Below, piece after piece: positions 51,519 to 62,507 of a DNA stretch of 64,000 nt. Source of the stretch: Heptranchias perlo (Eukaryota); contig NW_027139939.1 in NCBI RefSeq assembly GCF_035084215.1, forward strand, positions 1-64,000. Reading direction: 5' to 3'. The notes beneath the pieces are model-generated. The model saw nothing but the letters and a program-made list of their open reading frames with translations, did no database searches and was not told the DNA's origin. Each line of letters opens with the position of its first letter. The first letter of the stretch is position 1. Made by a program: the position numbers and the translations under genes.

Positions 51519-51896
51519 CTGACTCGCACCAAGTACCGTTCTCCCATCACCCCCTGTGCTCACTGACCTACATTGGCTCCAGTCCACCAACGCCTTGATT
51601 TTAAAATTCTCATCCTTGTTTTCAAATCCCTCCATGACCTCGCCCCTCCCTATCTCTGTAACCTCCTCCAGCCCTACAACCCTCTGAAATCTCTGCACTC
51701 CTCTGATTTTGGCCTTTTGTCCATCCCTGATTTCCTTTGCTCCACCATTGCTGGCCGTGCCTTCAGCTACCTCGGCCCTAAGCTCTGGAATTCCCTTCCT
51801 AAAGCCCTTCGCCTCTCCACCTTTCTCTCCTCCTTTAAGACACTCGTTAAAACCGACCTCTGACCAAGCTTTTGGTCACCTATCCTAATATCTCTT
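51519..51896 (+). mobile_element. L2 3' fragment
   Basis: QRLDFKILILVFKSLHDLAPPYLCNLL...GRAFSYLGPKLWNSLP...FKTLVKT. Confidence 0.88.
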
Positions 51897-51983
51897 TAGA
51901 GTCATAGAGTCATAGAGTTATACAGTACGGATGGAGGCCCTTCGGCCCATCGTGTCCGCGCCGGCCATCAAGCCCAGTCTAAT

Positions 51984-54854
51984 CTAATCCCATATTCCAG
52001 CATTTGGTCCGTAGCCTTGTATGCTATGGCATTTCAAGTGCTCATCCAAATGCTTCTTGAATGTTGTGAGGGTTCCTGCCTCCACAACCCTTTCAGGCAG
52101 TGAGTTCCAGACTCCAACCACCCTCTGGGTGAAAAAGTTCTTTCTCAAATCCCCTCTAAACCTCCCGCCTTTTACCTTGAATCTATGTCCCCTTGTTATA
52201 GAACCCTCAACGAAGGGAAAAAGCTCCTTAGTATCCATCCTATCTATGCCCCTCATAATTTTGTACACCTCAATCATGTCCCCCCTCAGCCTCCTCTGCT
52301 CCAAGGAAAACAAACCCAATCTTCCCAGTCTCTCTTCATAGCTGAAGCGCTCCAGCCCTGGTAACATCCTGGTGAATCTCCTCTGCACCCTCTCCAAAGC
52401 GATCACATCCTTCCTGTAGTGCGGCGACCAGAACTGCACACAGTACTCCAGCTGTGGCCTAACCAGTGTTTTATACAGCTCCATCATAACCTCCTTGCTC
52501 TTATATTCTATGCCTCGGCTAATAAAGGCAAGTATCCCATATGCCTTCTTTACTACCTTATCTACCTGTTCCGCCGCCTTCAGGGATCTGTGAACTTGCA
52601 CACCGAGATCCCTCTGACCCTCTGTCTTGCCTAGGGTCCTCCCATTCATTGTGTATTCCCTTGCCTTGTTAGTCCCTCCAAAGTGCATCACCTCGCACTT
52701 TTCCGGGTTAAATTCCATTTGCCACTGTTCCGCCCATCTGACCAACCCATCTATATCGTCCTGCAGACTGAGGCTATCCTCCTCGCTATTTACCACCCTA
52801 CCAATTTTTGTATCATCAGCGAACTTACTGATCATACCTTTTACATTCATATCCAAGTCGTTAATGTAGACCACAAACAGCAAGGGACCCAGCACCGATC
52901 CCTGTGGTACCCCACTGGCCACAGGCTTCCAGTCACAAAAACAACCTTCGACCATCACCCTCTGCCTTCTGCCACTAAGCCAGTTTTGTATCCAAAGTGC
53001 CAAGGCACCCTGGACTCCATGGGCTCGTACCTTCTTGACCAGTCTCCTGTGCGGGACTTTATCGAAGGCCTTACTGAAATCCATGTATACCACATCCACT
53101 GCGTTACCCTCATCCACACGCCTCGTCACCCCCTCAAAAAATTCAATCAAATTAGTCAGACATGATCTTCCCTTGACAAAGCCATGTTGACTATCCCTGA
53201 TTAATCCTTGCTTCTCCAAGTGGAGACTAATTTTGTCCTTCAGAATTTTTTCCAATCATTTTCCTACCACTGATGTTAGGCTCACTGGCCTGTAGTTCCC
53301 CGGTTTTTCCCTACTCCCCTTCTTGAATAATGGTACTACATTAGCGGTTCTCCAGTCCTCTGGCACATCCCCTGTGGCCAGAGAGGTTCTGAATATATGT
53401 GTTAGAGCCCCCGCAATCTCCTCCTTTGCCTCACACAGTAGCCTGGGATACATTTCGTCCGGGCCTGGGGATTTATCCATTTTTAGGCCTGCTAAAACCG
53501 CCAATACATCCTCCCGCTCGATGTGAATATGTTCGAGTATATCACAGTCCCCCTGTCGTATTTCTCTGTCTACGTCATCCTTCTCCAAAGTGAAAACAGA
53601 TGCAAAAAATTCATTTAGAACCCCTCCTACATCTTCCGGCTCCACACACAGATTGCCATTTTTGTCCCTAATGGGCCCTATTTTTTCCCTAGTTATCCTC
53701 TTACCCTTAATATACTTATAAAACATCTTAGGATTTTCCTTTATTTTGCTCGCCAGAGTTTTTTCATGGCCCCTCCTTGATCTCCTAATTTCCTTTTTAA
53801 GTATCCCCCTGCACTTTTTGTACTCCTCTCGGGCTTCCTCCGTCCTTAGCCTTTTGTATCTGCCAAAAGCCCTCCTTTTTTTCCTAATCCATTCTCGTAT
53901 ATCCCCTGACATCCAAGGTTCCCTGGAGTTCTTGGAACCACCCTTGACCTTTACGGGAACATGTTGCCATTGTATGGTCTCAATCTCCCTTCTGAAAGAC
54001 TCCCATTGCTCCGATGCGGATTTTCCTACAAGCAGCTGATCCCAGTCCATTTTGGCCAGATCCTGCCTTATCCTATTAAAATCGGCCTTCCCCCAATTTA
54101 GAACCTTTATTTCCGGCCCCTCCCTGTCTTTTTCCATGACCACCTTAAATCTCACTGAATTATGGTCACTGTCACCAAAGTGCTCACCTACTAGCACTTC
54201 TTCCACTTGGCCGGACTCATCCCCTAGAATTAGGTCCAGTACCGCCCCCTCTCTTGTAGGACTTTCTACATGCTGGCTCAAAAAGCTCTCCTGGATGCAC
54301 GTTAAGAATTTTGTACCCTCTAAGCCTTTTACACTCTGAGTATCCCAGTTAATATTGGGGAAGTTGAAATCCCCCACTATTATTACCCTATTATTTGCAC
54401 AATTTTCTGAGATTTGCCTACATATCTGTTCCTCTATCTCCCCCTGACTGTTTGGGGGTCTATAGTACACTCCCATCAAAGTGCTTGCCCCCTTTTTGTT
54501 TTTAAGCTCCACCCATATGGCCTCATTTGAGGAACCTGCTAATATATCATCCCTCCTCATGGCAGTAATTGATTCTTTAATTAATATTGCGACCCCCCCT
54601 CCTCTTATACCTCCCCCTCTGTCTCGCCTGAAAATTCTGTACCCCGGAATATTGAGCTGCCAGTCTTGCCCCTCCCTCAACCATGTCTCTGTGACAGCAA
54701 CAATGTCATACTCCCATGTGTTTATCAACACCTTCAGTTCATCCACCTTATTTGCAAGACTCCTTGCATTAAAATAGATGCCATCCAGCCTTGCTCTTAC
54801 ATATTTGCCCTGTCTTCCAAGCTGACTTGTTTTTTTCTCAATATTTGGCTGCAC
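51984..54854 (-). pseudogene. CR1 ORF2 (APE endonuclease plus reverse transcriptase) with a single nonsense codon
   Basis: ORFs 53256-54854 and 51984-53255 are in the same frame, separated by TGA at 53256-58 (VVGK*LEKIL, versus VVGKLLE in other copies). ETW, GDFN, SDH, PQG and FADD motifs are intact. Confidence 0.93.
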
Positions 54855-54901
54855 ATCACCCCCTATTGTAGCTCCATTCTGTATCCCATCCCCCTGCCAA
54901 G

Positions 54902-55843
54902 TTAGTTTAAACCCCCCCCAACAGTGCTAGCAAACCTCCCCGCAAGGATATTTGTCCCGCTCTGGTTCAGATGCAACCCGTCCGACTTGTACAAGTCCCA
55001 CCTTCCCCAGAAGCAGGCCCAGTGATCCAGGAAACTGAAACCCTCCCTCCTGCACCAACTCTTTAGCCACGCATTCATCTGTTCTATCCTCCTATTTCTA
55101 TACTCACTCGCCCGTGGCACTGGGAGTAATCCAGAGATTACAACCTTTGAGGTCCTGCTCTTTAATCTGCTACCTAGCTCCCTAAATTCTTGATGCAGGA
55201 CCTCATCTCCCTTCCTACCTATGTCGTTGGTCCCAATGTGGACCACGACCTCTGCCTGCTCACCCTCCCCCTTGAGAATGCCCTGAAGCCGCTCAGTGAC
55301 ATCCATGACCCTGGCACCAGGGAGGCAACAAACCATCCTGGAGTCACGTTTACGGCCACAGAAACGCCTGTCTGTTCCCCTTACGATAGAATCCCCTACC
55401 ATTATAGCTCTTCCACTCTTTTTCCTCCCAGCCTGTGCAGCAGAGCTACCCCTGGTGCCAGGAAGTTGGCTGCTGCTGCCTTCCCCTGATAAGTCATCCC
55501 CCTCAACAATATCTAAAGCGGTATATTTGTTTGAGAGGGGGACGGCCACGACCCCTGCCTGCCTGCTCCTCTTACTCTGCCTGGAGGTCACCCACTTACT
55601 TCCTGCCTGTACAACCTTTACCTGCGGTGTGACCATCTCACTAAACGTGCTGTCCACGACGTTTTCAGCATCGCGAATGCTCCATAATGAATCCATCCGC
55701 AGCTCCAGTGCCGCAATGCGGTTTGTCAGTAGCTGCAGCTGGATACATTTCCCGCACACATGGTCGTCAGGGACACCGGAAGGGTCCCTGATTTCCCATA
55801 TAGAGCAGGAAGAGCATAACAAGAGGCTGGGCTGTCCTGACAT
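54902..55843 (-). CDS. CR1 ORF1p (Cys-rich zinc-binding/leucine-zipper N-terminus plus SGNH esterase)
   Basis: CSSC...CGKC, then VGDSIVRG, HIGTND and DGLHLN blocks; 313 aa, uninterrupted. Confidence 0.92.
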   Translation of the reverse strand: MSGQPSLLLCSSCSIWEIRDPSGVPDDHVCGKCIQLQLLTNRIAALELRMDSLWSIRDAENVVDSTFSEMVTPQVKVVQAGSKWVTSRQSKRSRQAGVVAVPLSNKYTALDIVEGDDLSGEGSSSQLPGTRGSSAAQAGRKKSGRAIMVGDSIVRGTDRRFCGRKRDSRMVCCLPGARVMDVTERLQGILKGEGEQAEVVVHIGTNDIGRKGDEVLHQEFRELGSRLKSRTSKVVISGLLPVPRASEYRNRRIEQMNAWLKSWCRREGFSFLDHWACFWGRWDLYKSDGLHLNQSGTNILAGRFASTVGGGLN

Positions 55844-56502
55844 GACTTACCCTTTAACTAATTAATTCAAATTAAATGAATCCCACCAATTTCACTTCAA
55901 TTAAAAGGTATACTCAAGGGCCCTTGCTGAACAGCAGTCCCCCACTACACAACAGAGACCCGAGAATCCACAAACTCTAACCTCAGACAAATTCAGCAGG
56001 AAAATACTCATCAACCAATCACTTACCTCTTCCTTGGTGACGTCCCACTTTGGATTACTTTTTGCTTCTTATTTATCTTCGGTCCAGGAGTTAAGTCCGT
56101 AGGTCTCTCCGAGGTCCGCTCCCGCCTGTAGCTCCGCTCCGATTGCGGGTATGCCCTCGAGCCTGGGCCTTTAGTAGTCTCCGAGTCCCGCGCTCTCTCC
56201 TAGGTCCGCTCCCGCCTGTAGCTCCGCTCCGAGTGCGGGTAGGCCCTCGAGCCTGGGCCTTGAGTAGTCTCCGAGTCCCGCGCTCTCTCCTAGGTCCGCT
56301 CCCGCCTGTAGCTCCGCTCCGAGTGCGGGTAGGCCCTCGAGCCTGGGCCTTTAGTAGTCTCCGAGTCCCGCGCTCTCTCCGAGGTCCGCTCCCGCCTGTA
56401 GCTCCGCTCCGAGTGCGGGTAGGCCCTCGAGCCTGGGCCTTTAGTAGTCTCCGAGTCCCGCGCTCTCTCCTAGGTCCGCTCCCGCCTGTAGCTCCGCTCC
56501 GA

Positions 56503-57225
56503 GATGGGGACCGAAGACAATGGCAGCGGACTTCCCAATATTTAATTGAAGGAAATTTCTGCTCATCCAATACTGGATGTTGGACAAGCAGTGTGACAAA
56601 TCGGAAACAGTGGAGGGGTCGAGAGAGGTGGTGGTGAGGTAGAGCTGAGTGTCGTCAGTGTACTTGTGGAACCTCACGTTTATTGGATGATGTTGTCGAG
56701 GGGCAGCGTGTAGATAGGAGGGGACCAAGGATAGATCCTTGGGGAACTCCAGAGATAACGATGCAGGAGCAGGAAGTGAACCCACTGCAGGTGATTCTCT
56801 GGCTACAACTGGATAGACAAGAATGGAACCAGGCGAGGGCAGTCCCACCCAGCTGGACGATGGAGGAGAGGCATTGGAGGAGGACAGTGTGGTCAACCGT
56901 GTCAGAGGCTGCAGACAGGTGGAGAAGGATGAGGAGGGATAGTTTACCACGGTCACAGTCACAGAGGATGTCATTTGTGACTTTGATAAGGGCCGTTTCA
57001 GTGCTGTGGCAGGGACGGAAACCTGATTGGAGGGATTCAAACATGGAGTTGCTGGAAAGATGGGCACGGATTTGGGAGACGACAACACGTTCAAGGACTT
57101 TGGAGAGGAAAGGGAGGTTGGAGACGGGGCGGGAGTTTGCAAGGACAGAGGGGTCAAAGGTGGGTTTTTTGAGGAGGGGGTGATGACGGCAGATTTGAAG
57201 GGGAGGGGGACAGTACCTGAGAAAA
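56503..57225 (-). mobile_element. L2 RT fragment
   Basis: SGFRPCHSTETALIKVTND, GVPQGSILGP, YTDDTQLY, NFLQLNIGK. Confidence 0.9.
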
Positions 57226-57869
57226 GAGAACAAGATAAAAAGACATTGAGGATGGTTAAAACCAAGATCAGGAAGAAAATTAGTCGTAAACAAGTGGGTT
57301 ATAAAAGTTGGAAGAGAGTTGACATTTCTGTCTCGGACAAGAGGAGCAGCAGACCAGGACGGTCAGGGTAGAAGAGGCAACAGACCTTTCAGATGATGTG
57401 ACCCAGGTTCTCTCGGAGGAAAGTGAGAAGGCGGCTGGATATAATGTGTTAAGTTGAGTCATTATGTTTACATTTAGAAATAAAAGAAGTTCGAGTCTTT
57501 GTCCTCCTCGCTTCCTGAGTCACATTGAGAATAAAAATAGAAGCTGAGACAAGTTGTACAACTGGTTGTGTGAATCAGACTGTGCAGAGAGTCTGTCAAG
57601 GCAGGTTTGGTCAATTAATGTGGGAAAAAATAGTCAACAAATTTAACAATTGGCATTCCAGGTGGGAGAAAAGGTACAGAGGGTTCTTGGGTCATGTAAG
57701 AAGAACACGGTATGATCAAATGTAGAAACAATACATCAATTCAGAAAAGGAATTAATTCAAATATATCTGCTTCCTGAGTCAATCATAATTAGAAACACT
57801 GAGACAAGCTGACAGATAAATCTGCAACCTGGGATATCGAAACACAAAAGTCGAGATGGAAACATAGCA

Positions 57870-58770
57870 AACTAATCCTTCCCGCACTCTCCCTGACTGT
57901 CTCCCCACAGCCCTCTGTCAATCACAAACTAATCCCACTGTCCCACCCTGTTTCAATCCCAAAATAACGACAATGCCCTGCGCTCTCCCCATAGTCCTGT
58001 ATCAATCCAAAACTAATCCCACTGCCCCACTCTCTCCCCATGGTCCTGTATCAATCCAAAACTAATCCCACTGCCCCACTCTCTCCCCACAGTCCTGTAT
58101 CAATCCAAAACTAATCCCACTGTCCCACTCTCTCCCCATAGCCCTGTATCAATCCCAAACTAATCCCACTGTCCCACTCTCCCCCCATAGCCCTGTATCA
58201 ATCCAAAACTAATCCCACTGTCCCACTCTTTCCCATAGCCCTGTATCAATCCCAAACTAATCCCACTGTCCCACTCTCCCCCCATAGCCCTGTATCAATC
58301 CCAAACTAATCCCACTGTCCCACTCTTTCCCATAGCCCTGTATCAATCCCAAACTAATCCCACTGTCCCACTCTCCCTCCATAGCCCTGTATCAATCCCA
58401 AACTAATCCCACTGCCCCACTCTTTCCCATAGCCCTGTATCAATCCAAAACTAATCCCACTGTCCCACTCTTTCCCATAGCCCTGTATCAATCCCAAACT
58501 AATCCCACTGTCCCACTCTCCCTCCATAGCCCTGTATCAATCCCAAACTAATCCCACTGCCCCACTCTCTCCCCATAGCCCTGTATCAATCCAAAACTAA
58601 TCCCACTGTCCCACTCTTTCCCATAGCCCTGTATCAATCCCAAACTAATCCCACTGTCCCACTCTCTCCCCATCGCCCCGTGTCAATCCCAAACTAATCT
58701 CACTGCCCCGCCCTCTCCCCATAGCCCCGTGTCAATCCTAAACCAATCCCTTGGCCCTGCTCTCTCCCCA
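57870..58770. repeat. Second array of the 49-bp CR1-derived minisatellite (about 18 copies)
   Basis: Same unit as 34380-35360. Confidence 0.93.
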
Positions 58771-58974
58771 GGACCCTGTAGCTGGTACTTGGGGTGGGGA
58801 TCCCCTGTCAGTACATGGCCGGTGGGGTGGTCCGCACCCCTGGGGTCTCCCTGTCTTTTGTCCGCCACATTCCCGGGGCCATGTCAACCCTCTCCACTTT
58901 GACCGATTTTCACTGCTCCCTTCCCCCTCTGTTATTCTACTGTCACCATTTCCACCTCCTCCGCCCGCATTTGT

Positions 58975-59712
58975 CCAATTATCACCTCCTTTTGCCATTT
59001 AACCACTCCTGCTCCCCGCCCTACCACAGACCTTCCCTTTTGTTCTTTCCCTTTTGCCTGATTGCACTTGTTTAAAAGCTGTTCACCTCTCCTCTCGACA
59101 GTCTCTGTCCACAGTCTGAGTCACAGAACCAGTTGCACAACTCAGTTCTGATGAAAGGTCATCGACCTGAAACGTTAACTCTGTTTCTTTCTCCACAGAT
59201 GCTGCCTGACCTGCTGAGTATTTCATAGTCGTATCATAGTATAGTTCAGCACAGAAGGAAGTCATTCAGCCCATCATGCCTGTGCTAGCTCTTTGAAAGA
59301 GCGATCCAATTAGTCCCACTCCCCTGTGTTTTCCCTACAGCCCTGTAAATCTTTCCCCTTCAAGTATTTATCCAATTCCCATTTGAAAGTTACTATTGAA
59401 TCTGCTTCCACCGCCCTTTCAGGCAGTGCATTCCAGATCAGAACAATTCGCTGCGTAAAAAAATGTTTCCTCATCTCCCCTCTGATTCTTTTGCCATTAA
59501 CCTTAAAACTGTGTCCTCTGGTTACTGACCCCTCTACCACTGCAAACAGTTTCTGCTTATTTACTCTGTCAAAACAATTCATGATTTTGAACACCTCGAT
59601 CAAATCTCTCCATAACCACCTTTGCTCAAAGGAGAACAACCCCAGTTTCTCCAGTCGCTCGAGCATTATCTGTTTTTATGTCTGATTTCCCCCAACCGCA
59701 GTATTTTGCTTT
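58975..59712 (+). mobile_element. Penelope-like element terminal fragment interrupted by a CR1 3' fragment (-, 59224-59657)
   Basis: ...CTGATGAAAGGTCATCGACCTGAAACGTTAACTCTG...GATGCTGCCTGACCTGCTGAGTATTT, then the CR1 piece, then AGCATTATCTGTTTTTATG. Family assigned from recalled similarity to vertebrate PLE termini, not from a search. Confidence 0.65.
59144..59180 (+). ncRNA. Minimal type I hammerhead ribozyme-like motif
   Basis: AGTT-CTGATGA-A-AGGTC-ATC-GACCT-GAAA-C-GTT-AACT: stem I AGTT/AACT, stem II AGGTC/GACCT, conserved core boxes, palindromic ACGT stem III. Confidence 0.6.
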
Positions 59713-60584
59713 CGAGCTGGCCACAGAACTCGGCGGGGAAAGTACGGAGAGACGCAGAAATGGTTTCTTTTCTGAATGACTTGGAAACAGAGGCCGGAGA
59801 GGGTGTGAACGAAGATGGGCCTGAGCTGGTAATTCCCAAAGTTAGAGAGCAACTGTGCGTTCTGCCTCGATACATCGAGGCAATAGGTCGTGAAAGGTTT
59901 GTTGAATTCTACGCGCAGGGAGGGAGAGGGCGAAGGTTTAATGATTTCCAATCCCCGCCAAACTAGAACTGACATCGCAACATTAAAAAAACTCCCGAGA
60001 CGGGAGCATTTTCCATCACTTTTTAAGATGCTCTCCTGCCTTCAGCCTTCAGCAAGATGTTGTAAGAAATCCAGACAAATAAAAATAGTTGTGCACCAGA
60101 CCAGCCTTCATTTTTGTTGCTTCCCGCTTGATAAAAATTTCCGTTTCATCGCAATTTGCGAGGTTGTCCCAAACGATTGCAACTAAGCAGGTTCCACTGT
60201 ATCATTCTGGGGAATCTGCACTGCACCCCCTCCAAGGCCAATATATCCTTCCTGAGCTGCAGTGTCCACAACACAAGATAGTACTCCAGATGGGGACAAA
60301 CCAGAGCTCTGGACAACAATATTGCACATTAGCCTGAGAGGGGGAGGTGTGCGAGGGGTTAAATCATCCAAAACACTCATTTTACAGATATTTGATACAT
60401 ATTTATTATGCTGATAAGCAATGGTTAATTCAAGTAACCCGCTCTAATCCACCGGACTTTGAAACTGTTTGTAGGCAGTATTGAGCATCCCATAATTAAA
60501 CAGCTTGAAGTAAGGTTACAGTTAGTGAGCTCGAGGCCAAACACAGTCTTAATGAGACCTTCCACTCTCCGGGATTCTTACCCC

Positions 60585-61490
60585 ATTCCCCTCACCCCGA
60601 GCCCCTCACCCAGAACCCAAACCCTGAGCCCCTCACCCAGAACCCCTCACCCCTCACCTTCCCTTCACCCCTCACCTTCCCCTCACCCAGAACCCCTCAC
60701 CCTGAACCCCTCACCCTGAACCCCTCACCCTGAGCCCGTCACCCTGAGCCCCTCACCCCTCACCTTCCCTTCACCCCTCACCTTCCCTTCACCCCTCACC
60801 TTCCCCTCACCCCTCACCTTCCCCTCACCCCTCACCTTCCCCTCACCCCTCACCTTCCCCTCACCCCTCACCTTCCCCTCACCCCTCACCTTCCCCTCAC
60901 CCCTCACCCCTCACCTTCCCTTCACCCCTCACCTTCCCCTCACCCCTCACCTTCCCCTCACCCCTCACCTTCCCTTCACCCCTCACCTTCCCTTCACCCC
61001 TCACCTTCCCCTCACCCCTCACCTTCCCCTCACCCCGAGCCCGGCACCCTCCCCTCACCCTGAACCCCACACCCTGGGCCTGGCACCTTCCCTTCACCCC
61101 TCACCTTCCCTTCACCCCTCACCCCTCACCTTCCCTTCACCCCTCACCCCTCACCTTCCCTTCACCCCTCACCCCTCACCTTCCCCTCACCCCTCACCTT
61201 CCCTTCACCCCTCACCTTCCCCTCACCCCTCACCTTCCCCTCACCCTGAACCCCTCACCCTGAGCCCCTCACCATGAACCCCACACCTTCCCGTCACCCC
61301 TCACCTTCCCCTCACCCCTCACCTTCCCCTCACCCCTCACCTTCCCTTCACCTCTCACCTGCCCCTCACCCCTCACCTTCCCCTCACCCCTCACCTTCCC
61401 CTCACCCCTCACCTTCCCTTCACCCCTCACCTGCCCCTCACCCCTCACCTTCCCCTCACCCCTCACCTTCCCCTCACCCTGAACCCCGCA
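60585..61490. repeat. C-rich 18-bp/7-bp composite tandem repeat (CCCCTCACCTTCCCCTCA)
   Basis: Visible period; gives VRGEGK repeats in the ORF track. Confidence 0.93.
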
Positions 61491-61802
61491 CCTGTGCACA
61501 AATTGGCTGCTGCATTTGCCGACAGCAGTGACGACACGTTAAAAAGTATTTCATTTTCTGTGAGGCGCTTTGGAACATCCTGAGGTCATGAAAGGTGCTT
61601 TAAATAAATGCAAGTTCTTTTTCTGTCCTTCTTTCGAACATGTTCTCTTGTTGCTTGTGTCAGAAGCTTCCTGGCTGCAATGTCTCCTGTGAAGGTTGTA
61701 CCTCTTGGCAGCAGTCAACGAGTTGGGAGAGTTGAAGCTGAGAAACTATGGTTTATATATTGTGGGGCAGAAATCCATCTCGAGCGGAAGCGTGAAACGG
61801 GG

Positions 61803-62478
61803 GGTATGGCCAACGGAACCCAATATCAGGCCGGGCACATAACGGGCGGTATGGCCAACGGAACCCAATATCGGGCCGGGCGTATAACGGGCGGTATGGC
61901 CAACGGAACCCAATATCGGGCCAGGTGTATGACGGGCAGTATAGCCAATGGCACCCAATATCGGGCCGGGCGTATAATGGGCGGTATAGCCAACGGAACC
62001 CAATATCGGGCCAGGTGTATGACGGGCAGTATAGCCAATGGAACCCAATATCGGGCCGGGCGTATAACAGGCGGCATAGCCAATGGAACCCAATATCGGG
62101 CCGGGCATATAACGGGCGGTATAGCCAACGGAACCCAATATCGGGCCGGGCGTATAACGGGCAGTATAGCCAATGGAACCCAATATCGGGCCGGGTGTAT
62201 AACAGGCGGCATAGCCAACGAAACCCAATATCGGGCCGGGCGTATAACGGGCGGTATAGCCGATGGAACCCAATATCGGGCCGGGCGTATAACGGGCGGT
62301 ATAGCCAATGGAACCCAATATCGGGCCGGGCGTATAACGGGCGGTATAGCCAATGGAACCCAATATCGGGCCGGGCGTATAACGGGCGGTATAGCCAATG
62401 GAACCCAATATCGGGCCAGGTGTATAACGGGCGGTATAGCCAATGGAACCCAATATCGGGCCGGGCGTATAACGGGTG
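61803..62478. repeat. 45-bp CpG-rich minisatellite (about 15 copies)
   Basis: GGTATAGCCAACGGAACCCAATATCGGGCCGGGCGTATAACGGGC, period 45. Confidence 0.96.
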
Positions 62479-62507
62479 GCTGATGCGCTGCCGCCCAAGT
62501 TGGATTT

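Larger units (their letters stand above)
51897..56502 (-). mobile_element. Full-length, nearly intact CR1 LINE
   Basis: 5' UTR with 90-bp tandem units, ORF1, ORF2 broken only by one TGA, and an octamer tail (TAGAGTCA)n on the + strand at 51897-51920. Confidence 0.97.

Noticed and set aside
59686-59966. Apparent + strand exon after CCGCAG
   Set aside because: The acceptor-like sequence is part of the Penelope-like terminal repeat and the peptide has no recognisable domain.
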